Shown here: piece after piece, positions 50,376 to 64,000 of the stretch | Layout of the letters: each line of letters opens with the position of its first letter | How positions within the stretch are numbered: the stretch's first letter is position 1 | NCBI GenBank assembly: GCA_951406725.2 | Contig: OX597817.1 | Coordinates: forward strand, 61,566,001-61,630,000 | DNA: 64,000 nt | Direction: 5' to 3' | DNA from: Octopus vulgaris | Lineage: Eukaryota | Program-made: the position numbers and the translations under genes | The notes under the pieces: generated by a model | Database searches by the model: none | What the model saw: only the letters and a program-made list of their open reading frames with translations | Told to the model about the DNA's origin: nothing

Positions 50376-51890
50376 AAAATATACGATATTATAGATCCAT
50401 TACAATTGATCTCAAAGTTTTCCTTCAGATATTGGTAACTGAGTCAAACCATCCAACCCATGTGTTCTTCAGGGATGATAAGTATGGAAAACTACTTTTC
50501 ACACACCTACTGTCCCTGAAGAGTGTGGGTATAACAGCTCAGCTCCTATCTTGTGTGAAAGTAATTGGTGAAATCAGCTGTAATGGAATCAATAATATTG
50601 TATACTTTGATTAATGTGGCCACTCAGTTAACAGACAGATGTGTGGCCAATTTTTCTGATTTATAGGTTCTTAGATGACCATCCGCACACATTTAATGTA
50701 AAAAGAGAGAGAAAGAGTATATGTATACATATGAAATCAGTCCAAATAGTCAAAACCATTTTAAAGTGGTTGATGTAATTTGATTAACATAGTAAGAAAT
50801 GTTAAAGTTGCTTTTGAGGTAATCTCTTGGGATTAAGAAGAAGTTGATGAGCATCACACGTTGAATTTGCTTTTATCGACAAGCATTTAACATTGAATAA
50901 CTTTCTAAAATGCTTTTCACCACTCACCCCCTCCTCTATCATAAATACCAAAGAATCAAAATAATAATAATAATAATAAAGCTTAAAATTTCAGCTGTAG
51001 AATCTTGTGTGTTTAATTTTTGAGAAGGCTCTTGTATATCCGTTTACTTGATGTATTTTCTGTTTAATGAAAGAAAAAGAAAAAGTCAATCATGTGAAAA
51101 TTTGTAAATTAGAAAAATTAAGGCTAATTAAATACAGCTTGCCTTGAATCCCTCATCAATTTGAAGAGAGATAGGGGAGAAAGTTTGGCAGGATATTTAA
51201 GGGAAGTTTTTGGCAGATGTCAGGGATGGAACAGATGGGAAGCAGTATTAGATTAATGAAACTGTTGATATTTCAGTGGTTGCCACCTCTCAGAACAGCT
51301 TTCTACTTAGCCTCTAGCTGCTAACAGACTGTTAGATGATGTTTACTGTGGCTAATTGAAATATTAAATTTGCCTATTTAATAACACTTCCATGGTCTGA
51401 TGCACATTTTATATGCTTTGTGACGTTCAGTTTTGTGTGTGTCTAATTGTGTGTTTCACTTATGTATGGATGTCTTTGAGTGTATATCCGATTCACATAT
51501 GCACGGATGTGTGTAAACACACACACACACACACACACGCACAAACATACATACACAAGGGAAGTGGGATTTTTAGTTGTATTTTTTTTTTTTCAATTTT
51601 GAATTTACAGTTTAGAAAACTAAGCTGTTTTATAAGCAAAATCAAAAGTTTGTTTGAAATTGAATAAATTTATTTATTTAGGACTAAAATTCCCTTATAA
51701 ATTATAATAGATAAAACTTCTTTTCTTTTTCTAATTTATTTTATTTCAGTTTGTTTTGCGCCCCCCCTTCCCCACGTGATCATCTCAGTCATGATTTTAT
51801 TTTACGAAACACTTATAAATTTGAAATTTTGAAACTAAAGAAATACTGAAAGAATCTTAAAAGTTTATGATGTTCTTCATTTATCAATAC

Positions 51891-52495
51891 ATCATCATCA
51901 TCATCATCATCATCATCATTTAATGTCTGTTTTCCATGCTGGCATGGGTTGGACAATTTCACAAAAGCTGACAAGGTTTGGAGTTGCACCAACTTCCATT
52001 TTCTGTTCTGGCATGGTTTCTACAGCTGGATGCTCTTCCTAACATCAACCACTTTACTGAGGGCACTGGGTGCTTTTTATGTGGCAACACCACCAAGAGA
52101 GTCACCATGTACCCTGCAAGACAAAAGACCCTTAACTGGGATTTTATAAAAATCTAAATAGTTAGCTGGCAGAATCCTTTTCTGTTTCAGACAAAATGCT
52201 TAGTGGTTGGACGATTTGACTGAGGACTGGCGAGCCAGATGGCTGCACCAGACTCCAATCTGATCTGGCAGTGTCTCTACAGCTAGATGCCCTTCCTAAT
52301 ACCAACCACTCCGAGAGTGTAGTGGGTGCTTTTACATGCCACCAGCACGAGGGCCAGTCTGCCGGTACTGGCAACGGCCACACTCAAATGGTGTTTTTTA
52401 CGTGCCACCTGCACAGGAGCCAGTCCAGCAGCACTGGCAATGACCTCGCTCAAATGTTTTTTCATGTGCTACTGGCACAAGTGCCAGTAAGGCGA
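51891..52495 (-). mobile_element. Two RTE family 3'-end fragments
   Basis: (CAT)n tail at 51891 and a second copy from ~52205 with 3'UTR tandem units. Confidence 0.75.
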
Positions 52496-52496
52496 C

Positions 52497-53135
52497 AAGA
52501 GACAATGAACCCATGTCTTATCACCAGTGATGATGGCCTTCATGAAGTCTTGATCATGGTTTGCATGAGCCATCATGTCCTGTGTGATTTCAATATGGAA
52601 TTGTTTATGCTGCTCTGCCAGCTCTTTGGAGACTAATTCTGCAGACACTCTCCACATGCACAAATCTTCTGTTAAAATGGAATGCACTTATCCTCTGCTT
52701 CTTTCCACTTTGTGAGCAATTTCAGGGATTGTTACACGATGGTCTTCCATGACTATTTGCCAAACCTTCTCAACTGGTTCCTTGTTTCAGCTTGTGACTG
52801 GCCTGCTTGAGCATGCCTTGCTCTCAACACAGTTGTTCTGAGTTGTTCTGCCCATGGCATCATCACCAAAGGCCTGCAGAATCTTCTGCATGGTTTCAGC
52901 CTGGGAATCACCAAGCTTGATGCAATGTCTTTGCTTGAGACTTTCCGTGGAAATGAAAATGTGATGAATGTGCATCACATGTGAGTACTCTAGGCATAAC
53001 AGCTGTGAACTGATGTAGCTTACCGATGTAAAAATGTTTACATGTACATGAAGGGTGTGGGGCATCACCTTCCACCCAAAGGATTTTACCCACGTGGCAT
53101 TAATTTTGGCAGAAAAAAAAAATTAAGTCAGACAT
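52497..53135 (-). pseudogene. mariner transposase relic (N-terminal HTH to first catalytic Asp)
   Basis: QRHCIK...ETMQKILQAFGDDAM; SRPVTS; EDHRVTIPEIA; HSILTEDL.M.RVSA..V.K.L...IITGDKTWV. Stops and frameshifts. Confidence 0.8.
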
Positions 53136-53549
53136 ATATTTTGATATTTTGTCAGACTAATGATTGTTGATTAAATGTTTATTAACTCCCAGACTTCTTT
53201 AATCTGAGTTGCCAAACATAGCCTCTTTGAAGTTGTCATACCAACGAATAAGTGTGTTTGCATTTATGTAATAAGCTAAACTATTTAGTACCTTAATTAC
53301 TGATCCAGCTAACACATGCTGACTGATAATTGATTCAACTGAATAATATGCATTTAATCTTACTAAAATCCTTTCCTCGGTAATTTACCAAATCCTGTTT
53401 GTGGTTTCCTCTAGCTTGGAGTCCCTGCAACATACTCTGTCAGAAGGATGTTTTTTTCACGCCTAAAGGCAGTTGGCCTTCATTACTATCAATATGAGTC
53501 GGGCCAATTTAAAGCTGAACTTTAATAGTCCAGCTATTTTGTTAGGCCA

Positions 53550-54495
53550 TGAGCTGACAGAATAGTTAGCATGTCAGATAAAAATGCAAAGAGGTAATTT
53601 ATTGTGACTCTTTAAGCTCTAAGTTCAAATCCCAGCAAAGTCTGTTTTGCCTTTCATCCTTTCAGAGTCATTAAAATAAGTACCAGCTGAGCACTGGGGT
53701 CAATTTAGTCAACTAGCCCCCTTCCCCCTCAAATCCCAGGCTTCCTGTCTATGATAGAAAGGATTCTTTTTTTATTATTTGTAAAACCGTGAGCCAATAT
53801 GGTAAGTGTTGGAAAGAATCTCATGATTTTTCAATCTGGTTCTTTATCCTCATCATCATCATCATCATCATTTAATCTCCATCTTCCATGCTGGCATGGC
53901 TTGGACTCTGAATTCAAATACCACCACACTCAACATTACTTTTCATTTTGGGTTCAGTAAAATAAAACACCAGTCAAGAATCAATGGCATTGACTAAACC
54001 CCTCCCCTCAAAATTGCTGGCCTTGTGCCAAAATTATAAGCATTATTATTAAGACAGCAAGCTGGCAGAATCATTAGCACACCAAGTGAAATGCTTGGCA
54101 ACATTTTACTGTCTTTGTTTTGAGTTCGAATTTTGTCACGGTTGACTTTGCCTTTCATCCTTTCAGGGTCATTAAATAAAGCACCAGTGAAATATTGGGG
54201 TCGATGTAATCGACTAGTCCTCTCCCCGCAAATTTTCAGGCCTTGTACCTTTTGTAGAAAGGATTATCATTCATTAGGTGATGACCTGGCAGGATTATTA
54301 ACACACCAGGCAGAATGCTTTGTAACATTTCATCCCGCTTTACATTCCATGTTCAAGTTCCACCAAGGGTGTCCTTGTCTTTTGTCCTTTCAGGGTTGAT
54401 AGAATAAGTACCAGTTGAATACTGGAGTCAATGTAATTGACTAACCCCTCCCCCAAAATTTCAGGCCTTCTGCCTATAATAGAAAGGATGATTAT
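53550..54495 (+). mobile_element. Head-to-tail run of SINE family A copies
   Basis: At least four same-orientation copies (~53550, ~53905, ~54052, ~54278), each ending in ggcct..tg...agaaagga / ttattatt. Confidence 0.75.
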
Positions 54496-54819
54496 TATTA
54501 ACCCATGCCAGCATGGAAAGTGGACATTAAATGATGATTAGTATTATTATTATTCTTTGTAAGTCTATCAACTAGACAAAGCAGTGAGTTGGCAGAAATG
54601 GTAAAGCAACAGGCCAAATACTTTATTAAAACTCTATTCATATTGTTTGTTTTCAGTTCTGATTTCAAACTTATGACGTTTTATCTCTCAGCATTGCATT
54701 TCAATTCCTCATGATGCCAAGTCACTTCACTGGCATTACTAATGCCCTTGAGAAGGGCATGAACCTACTGCTGTATATATCTTTGCCGAAATAAGAAATC
54801 ATATACACACATATGTACA

Positions 54820-54870
<51 letters not shown>

Positions 54871-56709
54871 TGTTGGTATGTGATGTTTATTTGAAACTTT
54901 AATATGGCTTAGAACATCAACAATAGCTGAAGCATCATCACCTATCAGCAACAATTACCACCACCCACCCACAACAACCACTCCAACTGCAATATCTTTA
55001 CAATTAACTCACCAGTAAGCTATGTGTGTATGTTGATGTGTTCACTTTTGTTGGAATAGCCTTTTTTGAGTATTTCCATCACCAGCTGTTCTCAGCCCAT
55101 ACATTTTGCTACTCATTCTCTCATGCCTCTTCATTCATTGACAACAACCAGCAGCTCGGCTGAATTTCTTTCCTCTAGTAAGTTCATCTCTTCAGTTATT
55201 TCTGTATTTTGCAATGATGTATTGTTCATTTATTTCATGCCAGAACATAGTGAATATCTTGACTATTTGTATTTAGGTTCAGCTATTTATCATCATCATC
55301 ATCATCATCTATTATAAATATTTTTTCTCCTTTTACTCATCATTCCAGTGTGTAATCTATGTATGTGAAATCTTATGTATTTTCTTGTGAACCATAACAG
55401 GAACATTTTTGAAAACATTGTCGCCTTCTTCTTAAGTGCATGTGTACTTCCTTATTTTCACATGATGTCTTTCTGTCTCTCTTTCACACACACACACACA
55501 TGTTTGTAAAAACCAGATCTACAGACCCTATATCACTTGCTTTTGTATCTTCACTCCCAAATTTATCTTTTGCTTGTTTCAGTCAAGCTGTGGTGGGAGG
55601 TAAACACAAAGATTTACACACACACTCATATATATATATAGAGAGATATACACACAACAGGCTTCCATTTAGTTTCCATTGCCCAAATTCACTCACGAGG
55701 CATTGGTCAGTCTTGGGTCTTGTCCGAAACCATTTGGTTGCTGAGCAACCTTCTCAATCGTGTTGCTATGCATGATTGTGCCCAGATTAAAACTGTTGTC
55801 ATCAAGAAAGGCTTCAATCATGTCTATTTGGTTAATCTCCTTGCTAATCTCTCCACTTATCTCTTGCTCCTGTGGCAACATGTCAGATCGCGATGTTGTG
55901 GCATATAGTAGAGCTCCTTCTGAACTACACATTTCCAGTAAGTCTGTGGTACCTCAGAGTTTAGTTTCATATCCTTTAATACTACAAGGATGCAGTCACA
56001 ACTTGTATCTAGAAAACATTTTCATCTTCAACATCTACAAACATGAACATCATCCTCTACGTTGCTACAGTTAAGTCCTCCAAGAATTACTAATCGTCTG
56101 TAAATCTCAGCTTAAGCCCACAATGCAGTACTGTTCTCTCTTTCTTTCTCTCTCTCTCTTTCCTACTTCTATGCTAGACTGTATCGTGTCATAATCTAGT
56201 TTAAATTCAAAACTGTTGTCCTCCTAAATGGGTTGGAAACCATTTTCTGAGCTGGAACATTTTATTTTTTTGCCATGGTTTCTACAGTTGGATGCATTCC
56301 TAACACCATCCACTTTCCCGTGTACACTTGGTGCTCTTCAACAGAGCACCAGCGCCAGAGGAGTTGTCTGGTTCCTTGCTAGAATATAGAGTACTTTTTA
56401 CTTTAACCTCATCTCCATTTATTTCCTTCACACGAAAGAGAGTGTCTTGTGTGTGATGAGACTATAAAGGGTCCCATCTCATGTTGATTCCATTGGTTTG
56501 TTCCTTTCATTCTACAGAGCCGAATAAGTGGAACTGGAAGCTATCACAGAGGACCAGAGTAATAGAGGAGAGAGAGAGAGAGAGAAAAAAAATAGCTATA
56601 TTGCTACTTGGTAAACTAGTTGATGCAAAAGTCTGTATTAGGAGACAAGTGTGTCAATGAGTATGAAATGAGAGCTGGGGGAAAAAGTAAAGTGGATGAC
56701 TGTTTATAA

Positions 56710-57098
56710 GTGTGTGTGTGTCTGTGTGTGTGTGTATATATATGTATATATATATATATATTTATGTATATATATATTTATGTATGTATATATATATTTA
56801 TATATGTATATATATATATATATATATGTTATATATCGATATATATATATATATATTTATATAGTTTATATATATATATATATATATTTATATATGTATA
56901 TATATATATGTATATATGTATATATATATATTTATATATGTATATATGTATATATATATATTTATATATGTATATATGTATATATATATATTTATATATG
57001 TATATATGTATATATATATATTTATATATGTATATATATATATTTATTTATATATGTATATATATTTATTTATATATGTATATATATATATTTATATA

Positions 57099-57130
<32 letters not shown>
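56710..57130. repeat. Compound (TA)n/(TATG) microsatellite
   Basis: Direct inspection; includes 30-bp higher-order repeats. Confidence 0.95.
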
Positions 57131-57135
<5 letters not shown>

Positions 57136-57631
57136 TCTAGTTGTGTGAGTGTCTGTCCCCTTCGATTTAGATTCCTAACTCCTCCCACATTTTGCGGTGC
57201 AGTTTAACCAAATTCGGGTATCTTATAGTCGTGATTCATATCGAGCCCGTCTGGCTATTAGCGTGCGTCAACGATGAGTCTACGATTTTAAAAATAATTT
57301 AACATCATTTTTTATTCCATTTTAATGCATAATTTTTCGTGTGTCGATGGCGGCGGAGTTGGCGTCCACGCTCACAGCTGCACCTGTTTGCTTCTCCCCC
57401 TTCCCTCCCTCGTGAAGCTGTGGGGAAGGGAGTGTATAAGGAAATCAACGTCGTAATGCGTTGTCAAGGAGACCAGCGTTCTTTTAGAACAACGACTTCA
57501 TGGCTTGAAGACACCAAAATAGAAATGGCTAAGAAAGCCCGAATTGGCATCTATAAGGGAAGTAACTCTCTAAAAATGCTTATATAGTTATTTCCCTTAC
57601 AAACCCGAGCAACGCCGGGCGATACTGCTAG
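57120..57631 (+). mobile_element. Non-autonomous Helitron
   Basis: Begins in (TA)n. Ends cccgagcaacgccggg...CTAG|T; the last ~68 bp are shared with 5745-6129. Confidence 0.75.
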
Positions 57632-57649
57632 TATACATATATAATATTT

Positions 57650-57822
57650 ATATAATTGCTAAACAGGACATCAAACATTAAGGCAAGGCCAATATCTCAA
57701 GTCATACACAATATTATTGTTATAGGAAGAAATTATTTCCTATAATAATAATAATAATATTGTTTATGACTTGACATATTTGCCTTGCCTTAATGTTTGA
57801 TGTCCTGTTTAACAATTTATAT
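57650..57822. repeat. ~170-bp imperfect palindrome
   Basis: aattgctaaacaggacatcaaacattaaggcaaggc...tataggaa pairs with ttcctata...gccttgccttaatgtttgatgtcctgtttaacaatt. Confidence 0.9.
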
Positions 57823-58272
57823 ATCTGCTGCATCGGAAATCTGCAGTGGCTCCATAACTACCTTGGAGCCCTGGTAATCCGTTACAGCACTTACCTAGAT
57901 TACTTAGATTACCGGTGAACTAAACCCCCATACTTTGTATATATTTATATGTATATATGTGTATATATATTAATATGTATGTATATATATATATATATAT
58001 CTGTGTATGTATGTATATATATATATATATATATATATAAACAACTTATAAATAAGGGCAAACGAAAAAATTTCTAATGCCAAATATGCCGAAATTGAAC
58101 ATATTGTCCATAACCTTATAATTTTTCATAATACGCATGCTACTCGAAAAAAAGTCGACAGAAATTTCTAAAAAAATTCCATTATTACCATATCGGACTG
58201 ATTTCAGGGTTAGTTCGTCAGTGATAAATGTGGCAAAGAAATAAATGAGATACTTGCTCATACCCATGGAAG

Positions 58273-58339
58273 AAGCAAAACACTAAGTCATGAGCACAAT
58301 TAAGTATCCCGATTGTGCTCATGACTTAGTGTTTTGCTT
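58273..58339. repeat. 28-bp perfect inverted repeat with 11-nt loop
   Basis: aagcaaaacactaagtcatgagcacaat / attgtgctcatgacttagtgttttgctt. Confidence 0.92.
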
Positions 58340-61178
58340 TAATTCTGAATAGTTTTGCTTATTTTGTTCTTTTAAAATGTTTCACAATCTTATGTGGGAA
58401 GGTGGAGTGGTTTGTGACAAACGGACAGCTGTAGAAACAATTTGTTGAATGCGTAAAAAGGGAAAAGTAAACAAATCCAAGTATGGCTGTGTGGTCAAGC
58501 AGCTTAGGCCGTATGGTTTTCGCTTCAGTCTCACTGCACCTCACCTTGGGCAAGTGGTTACTATGGCTCCAGGCCAATGCATACCTTGTGAGGGAATCTG
58601 GTAGGTAGAAACTGTGTGGAAACCTGTCATATGTGTGTGTCTGTGTTTGTTCCCACTCCACTTGTTCCCACCCCAGGCCAACCAAAGCCTTGTCAGTGAA
58701 GTTGTCAGACAGGAACTGAAAGCCCATTGTGTGTGTGTGTTACTGTCTCCTTGCATTGAGACTGCCTGGTAATTGCAAACAAGTAACTCTGTTATGCAAT
58801 TGGTGTCCTTCCAGTCTTTAGTGAAAAAAACATGTCTGGGCCATGGGTAGGTGGGGGTGGATATTATCTTGTCTGGAAACAGGTGAGGGTTGGTGACAGG
58901 AAGGGCATCCTGCTGGATAAATCCTGTCTGACACATTGGGAAAGTGGATGCTATAACACCGAAGATGATGATGATGGGGAGCCTGTGTATGAGGGTGCAA
59001 GCAAATGTAAATGTTGGAATCTTTCCACCCTTCCAACCTTATGCTAGCATGAAAAACCAACCATAAAACAATTGAATAAATATGGCTGTAGTCCAATGAC
59101 TGAAGCCAGTAAAAGGACGGTCAATGTTTAAAAAAGAAATAGCTTTTGTAATTGGATTAAATATCCTGAGTCACAAGATCAAATGGTGAATAAACGTTGT
59201 AAAACAAATATTGTGGAATGTGAGGAAGAAGAAAGGCAGATGGAGAGAAATAAAATATAAAACAGGAAAAAAAATTGAAACTTTTAAGCTGTTTTCTTGT
59301 TAAAAATAGCTTTTTTTGTATTTATTTATTTAGTATATTTAGATATATTTGTATATACAAGAGTTTGGAATGAAGTTTATTCTGATTTCTTTCTCAGGCA
59401 AAACGTGTTCTGTTGTCTTGGCTGTTTCATCTCTTTCTGCTTATTTTGAATAACCATCTCAAGTTACCTGATAATAATAAAAATAAAAATATGATTTAAA
59501 ATTCATCTAACAATAACCTGTGCAGGTGTGTATTTAAGTATAGATACATGGTCAAGAAGTTTGCTTCCCAATCACATGGTCTCAGGTTCAGTTCCACTGC
59601 CTGGTGTCTTGGGCAAGACGATTCTTCTACTATAGCTCTTATGAATGGATTTGTGGACAGAAACTAAAGGAAGCCCTTCATATAGTGTGTATGTGTGTGA
59701 CACATCAGATGATTGTTATAAATGAAAGTCATTCATTTCCAATATTCTGTGAAAACATATCTGACCCTGGGGAAATATTACCTTGCTGGGAAACAGATGA
59801 GGAACGGCAACAGGAGATACAACAAAATATATTTCAATTCACAAGATCAAACCAAATACAAAACTGAAATCCCTATAATTACTGGAAATTTTAAAAACTT
59901 GGTTAAGTATTCTGTGTTGGTTATGTGTGTAAAAGCAGGGATTTGAATTTGCTGTTTTAGCTTATCACAATGACTGAGTCCTGAACTATTCGTTTATTTC
60001 TTTCTCAAGTCATCGTGCTGTTTTAGCTAAGCCTGTCACCAATATCTTATCAACACTATTTACACTTCTCACTGTCAGAGCCATTGTGTTTGTGGTTCTA
60101 GCAGTGGTTCCCTCCCGTGAACTAAATTCAAAATTTCACACACACACAGACACACACATACACATAAGGATAAGCATATTAAAAGGGTTTCCATGGGAAA
60201 ACTCATTTAAATAAAAAGGGTTGGGAACCCACTGTTGTAGCACACGATTTCGCCTTTCTCTCCCAAATTGACGGCAGATTTCCACTTCACATTTGAGTGG
60301 TTTTATATATGTCAAAATCATCCAGCTATCTTTTGTTTTATTTATTAGACTGTGGCCATGCTGGGGCACTGCTTTGAAGGGTTTTGTAGAACAAATTGAC
60401 CCCAGTACTTTTAAATCTGGTACTTGTTTGCTAAGTTAACTACTAAATTACAAAGATGTTAATAAACCAGAATTGGTTGACAAGCGAAGGGAGTGGGGAC
60501 AAGCACACACACACACACAGTTTCTGCCTACTAAATCCACTTATAAGGCATTGATCGGTGCAGGGTCCTCCCTGTGATTGCAAAGTGAGCCCCTTAACCA
60601 CACAGTTGTTGTACCTCTATGAAAATTACTTAAAAACAATCTCCAACCATATTGGAATCAGGACGAAATAAATTTAAATCTCTTTTTTCAACTGTTTTAT
60701 TTTCCTTTTGGCACTTTAATTTTTTAGTCTGAGACTTATTCTATCAGTCAATTTTGCTGAACCACTAAGTTATGGGGATGTAAGTAAACCAACAGTGGCT
60801 ATTAAGGGGGTGAGGTGGTGTTTCAAATACACACACACACTCACAGCTATCACTGTATTGACCATACTATTAGATGTGGTTAAACACCACTGGTCACAGT
60901 ATGCTTTCTCACGTTGTAGTTTTTAAATGATGCCATCCCTCTGGCTAGGCAGGCAGGTTAGCATATCAGCTAATATTCTTCCTGAACAGAATGCCATTCC
61001 ATCGCAGGGTCCCCCATTTACAACTGACTGCTCTGCAGCAATGTGAAATTAAGTGTTTTGCTCAAGAACACAATGCACGACTTGTCTGTGAGTTTGAAAC
61101 CAGGATCTTGCAATCATGAGTAAATCACCCTCATCACCAGGCCCTGTGGCTTTTCACACACACACACACAGATAGGCT

Positions 61179-61259
<81 letters not shown>

Positions 61260-62184
61260 CTGTCTAGCAAATCCATTGACAAGTCTTTGGTCAGCCCCGG
61301 GCTATAGGACAAGACCCTTGCCTAGGGTGTCCCTCGGTGGGACTAAGCCTAAAATCCTGTGCTTGGAAAGCAGGCTTCTTCACTACGTGGCCATACTTGT
61401 ACAGAAATACAAAAAACTGTTCAGCTACTGTGAACTGAATCTCTCTCCACACTTCAAACCTGACATACATTCCAACATTTACATTTTTGAGAAATGAGCT
61501 TCAAGGACACACATAACATTTATTCTCTCAAGCACACAAACACATTAGATAATTCCTCTCATCACGGTAAATCAACATAATTTTATTTTTGTTATTTATT
61601 CAGTTTAATCCGTGTTTTTGTTGGGTTTTTTTTTTTTTTTTTTTTTTTGTTAATGTGCATTTGCTTTTCTACCACAATAGTAAAATAACATATGTAAGAA
61701 AAGATGGCATGCAATAATTCTTATGAAATTTGTTTTTAGCTTTTAGGAAAAATTATTATTTAGTTAAGCTCGTTTCAGGAAAAAAAAAAAAAACCAAAAC
61801 AAGAAATTGCTGAAAGTTTTATGTGTGCCCCAGAGACATCATCAGATGTGTGTGAACATTGAAATAATTATCAGCAAGGTTGCTGACCATGAATTTGACC
61901 CATATTGACATTTGAAGTGGAACTTCAAAGTACATAAGTACATTAATAAACATCCAAACAAACACAGTGGATGGAAGTGGAGGATGTCGCTAGTCTTATC
62001 ACACTTTCTCCCTCTGCCTCTCTCTTTCTTTCCTTCTGTTTGCAGAAGAAAAAAAAAAACCTGACATATAAAATAAACATTGGGTCATGCAAGTCTTCAT
62101 TTTCATCCTTTGTAACATTACTGAAGAAGTTATAATCATCTGGTGACTCTTATTTTACTAGCCCATCTTTTCTCTCTGGTTTTT

Positions 62185-62213
62185 GTATGTGTGTGTGTGT
62201 GTGTGTGTACACA

Positions 62214-62265
<52 letters not shown>

Positions 62266-62277
62266 TCTATATCTATC

Positions 62278-62319
<42 letters not shown>

Positions 62320-62333
62320 TCTATATCTATCTA

Positions 62334-62373
<40 letters not shown>

Positions 62374-63139
62374 TCTATATCTATCTATATATATATATAT
62401 ACATCTATATCTATCTATATGTATATACATCTATATATATCTATCTATATGTATATACATCTATATCTATCTATCTATATGTATATACATCTATATCTAT
62501 CTATCTATATATACATCTATATCTATCTTTCTATATATATATATATATATATATATACATACACATATATATACATACATCTATACATATATACATACAT
62601 CTATATATATATATATATATATACATACACATATATATATATATATATCTATCTATCTATCTATCTATCTATATATATACATATATCTATCTATCTATCT
62701 ATATATATATACATCTATCTATCTATCTATCTATATATATATATTTATACATACATCTATCTATCTATATATATATATATATACATACATCTATCTATCT
62801 ATATATATATACATACATCTATCTATCTATCTATCTATATATATATATATACATACATCTATCTATCTATATATATATACATACATCTATCTATCTATAT
62901 ATATACATACATCTATCTATCTATCTATATATATATACATACATCTATCTATCTATCTATATATATATACATACATCTATCTATCTATCTATATATATAT
63001 ATATATATATATATACATACATATCTATCTATCTATATATATATACATACATCTATCTATATATATATATATATACATACATCTATCTATCTATCTATCT
63101 ATCTATATATATATATATACATCTATCTATCTATTTATC
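62185..63139. repeat. ~950-bp compound microsatellite (TA/TCTA/CATA)
   Basis: Direct inspection; explains the three >300-aa Y/I-rich ORFs. Confidence 0.95.
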
Positions 63140-63640
63140 TAAGGAAGGGAAGACGGAGGGCAAGTGAAATCGAAATTGAACCAATCCTATGACTGGCACC
63201 CGGCAGTTGCCAGGACCGCTGGCAGGTGGCAAGTAAAGAAACACCATTTCGACCCTGTGCTTGAGGAGATCCATTGAGTCAAGTACACCGACATCAAAAT
63301 CAATGGAAATTGCAGTTGTGATCCCTGAGCCGGTGGCACGTAAACAGCACCATCTGAAGGTGGCTGATGCCAGCGCCGCCTCGACTGGCTTCTGTGCCAG
63401 CAGCACGTAAAATGCACCAATCCGATTGTGGCCGTTGCCAGCCTCGCCTGGCACCTGTGCAGGTGGCACGTAAAAAGCACCCACTACACTCACGGAGTGG
63501 TTGGCGTTAGGAAGGGCATCCAGCTGTAGAAACACTGCCAGATCAGACTGGAGCCTGGTGCAGCCTTCTGGCTTCCCAGATCCCCGGTCGAACCGTATAA
63601 CCCATGCTAGCATGGAGAACGGACGTTAAATGATGATGAT
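63140..63640 (+). mobile_element. RTE family 3'-end fragment (same subfamily as the TIR-captured copy)
   Basis: Shares cttcccagatccccggtcgaaccgt and gccagcctcgcctggcacctgtgc with 21110-21528; (ATG)n tail. Confidence 0.85.
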
Positions 63641-63651
63641 ATATATATATA

Positions 63652-64000
63652 TAAGATCGTCTCAATGCAACATATCAGCTACTGGGAAAGACTGAAAGTA
63701 TTAAAACTTCTCTCTGGAGCGAAAGCAGTGATATACATCTGGAAGATCCTGGAGGGCCTTGTCCCGAATTTTAGCATTGAAAGTTATCCCAACAGCAGAA
63801 TCGGGCGTCACTGCATGATGCCAAATATCCCAACATCACCATTAAAATACAGGACCAGATACTGCAACAGCTTGGGTTTCAGAGGACCACAGCTCTTCAA
63901 TATCCTTCCTAAATGCCTGAGAGACCTGCATAGTGTGGATGTGGGTTTCTTTAAAACTGAACTGGATCTCTTCTTGTCAGGAGTTCCAGATGAACCTACC
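63652..64000 (+). mobile_element. CR1-like LINE RT C-terminal fragment
   Basis: SYWERLKVLKLLSLER, then IYIWKILEGLVPN...NSLGFRGPQLFNILPKCLRDL....FKTELDLFLSGVPDEP. Runs off the window. Confidence 0.8.

Noticed and set aside
55693-56074. Short ORFs in unique-looking sequence
   Set aside because: No identifiable domain; one end runs into a SINE.
62143-63192. Three ORFs of 319-349 aa
   Set aside because: They translate a TA/TCTA/CATA microsatellite lacking stops; not protein-coding.

Overview
Repeat-dominated, AT-rich eukaryotic DNA. The dense (TA)n/(ATGT)n/(GATA)n microsatellites, abundant tRNA-headed SINEs and RTE, CR1 and R4-clade LINE relics resemble a cephalopod (Octopus-like) genome; this is an inference. 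No intact protein-coding gene is visible, and almost all listed ORFs are microsatellite or repeat artefacts. Three things stand out. (i) A nest of related terminal-inverted-repeat (TIR) elements at 17.4-24.4 kb, centred on a 2,952-bp fold-back element (19077-22028). It has a 9-bp target-site duplication (TSD) and ~1.3-kb near-identical arms, and both arms carry the same RTE retroposon 3' fragment. (ii) At least three different families of minimal, dimer-type hammerhead ribozymes in Penelope-like repeats (633-667 +, 1013-1091 -, and an inverted pair at 34548-34585 - / 35175-35212 +). (iii) A CpG-retaining housekeeping-type promoter at ~35.9-36.25 kb with a candidate first exon and a candidate downstream exon at 46937-47034. 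Boundaries of degenerate repeats are approximate.
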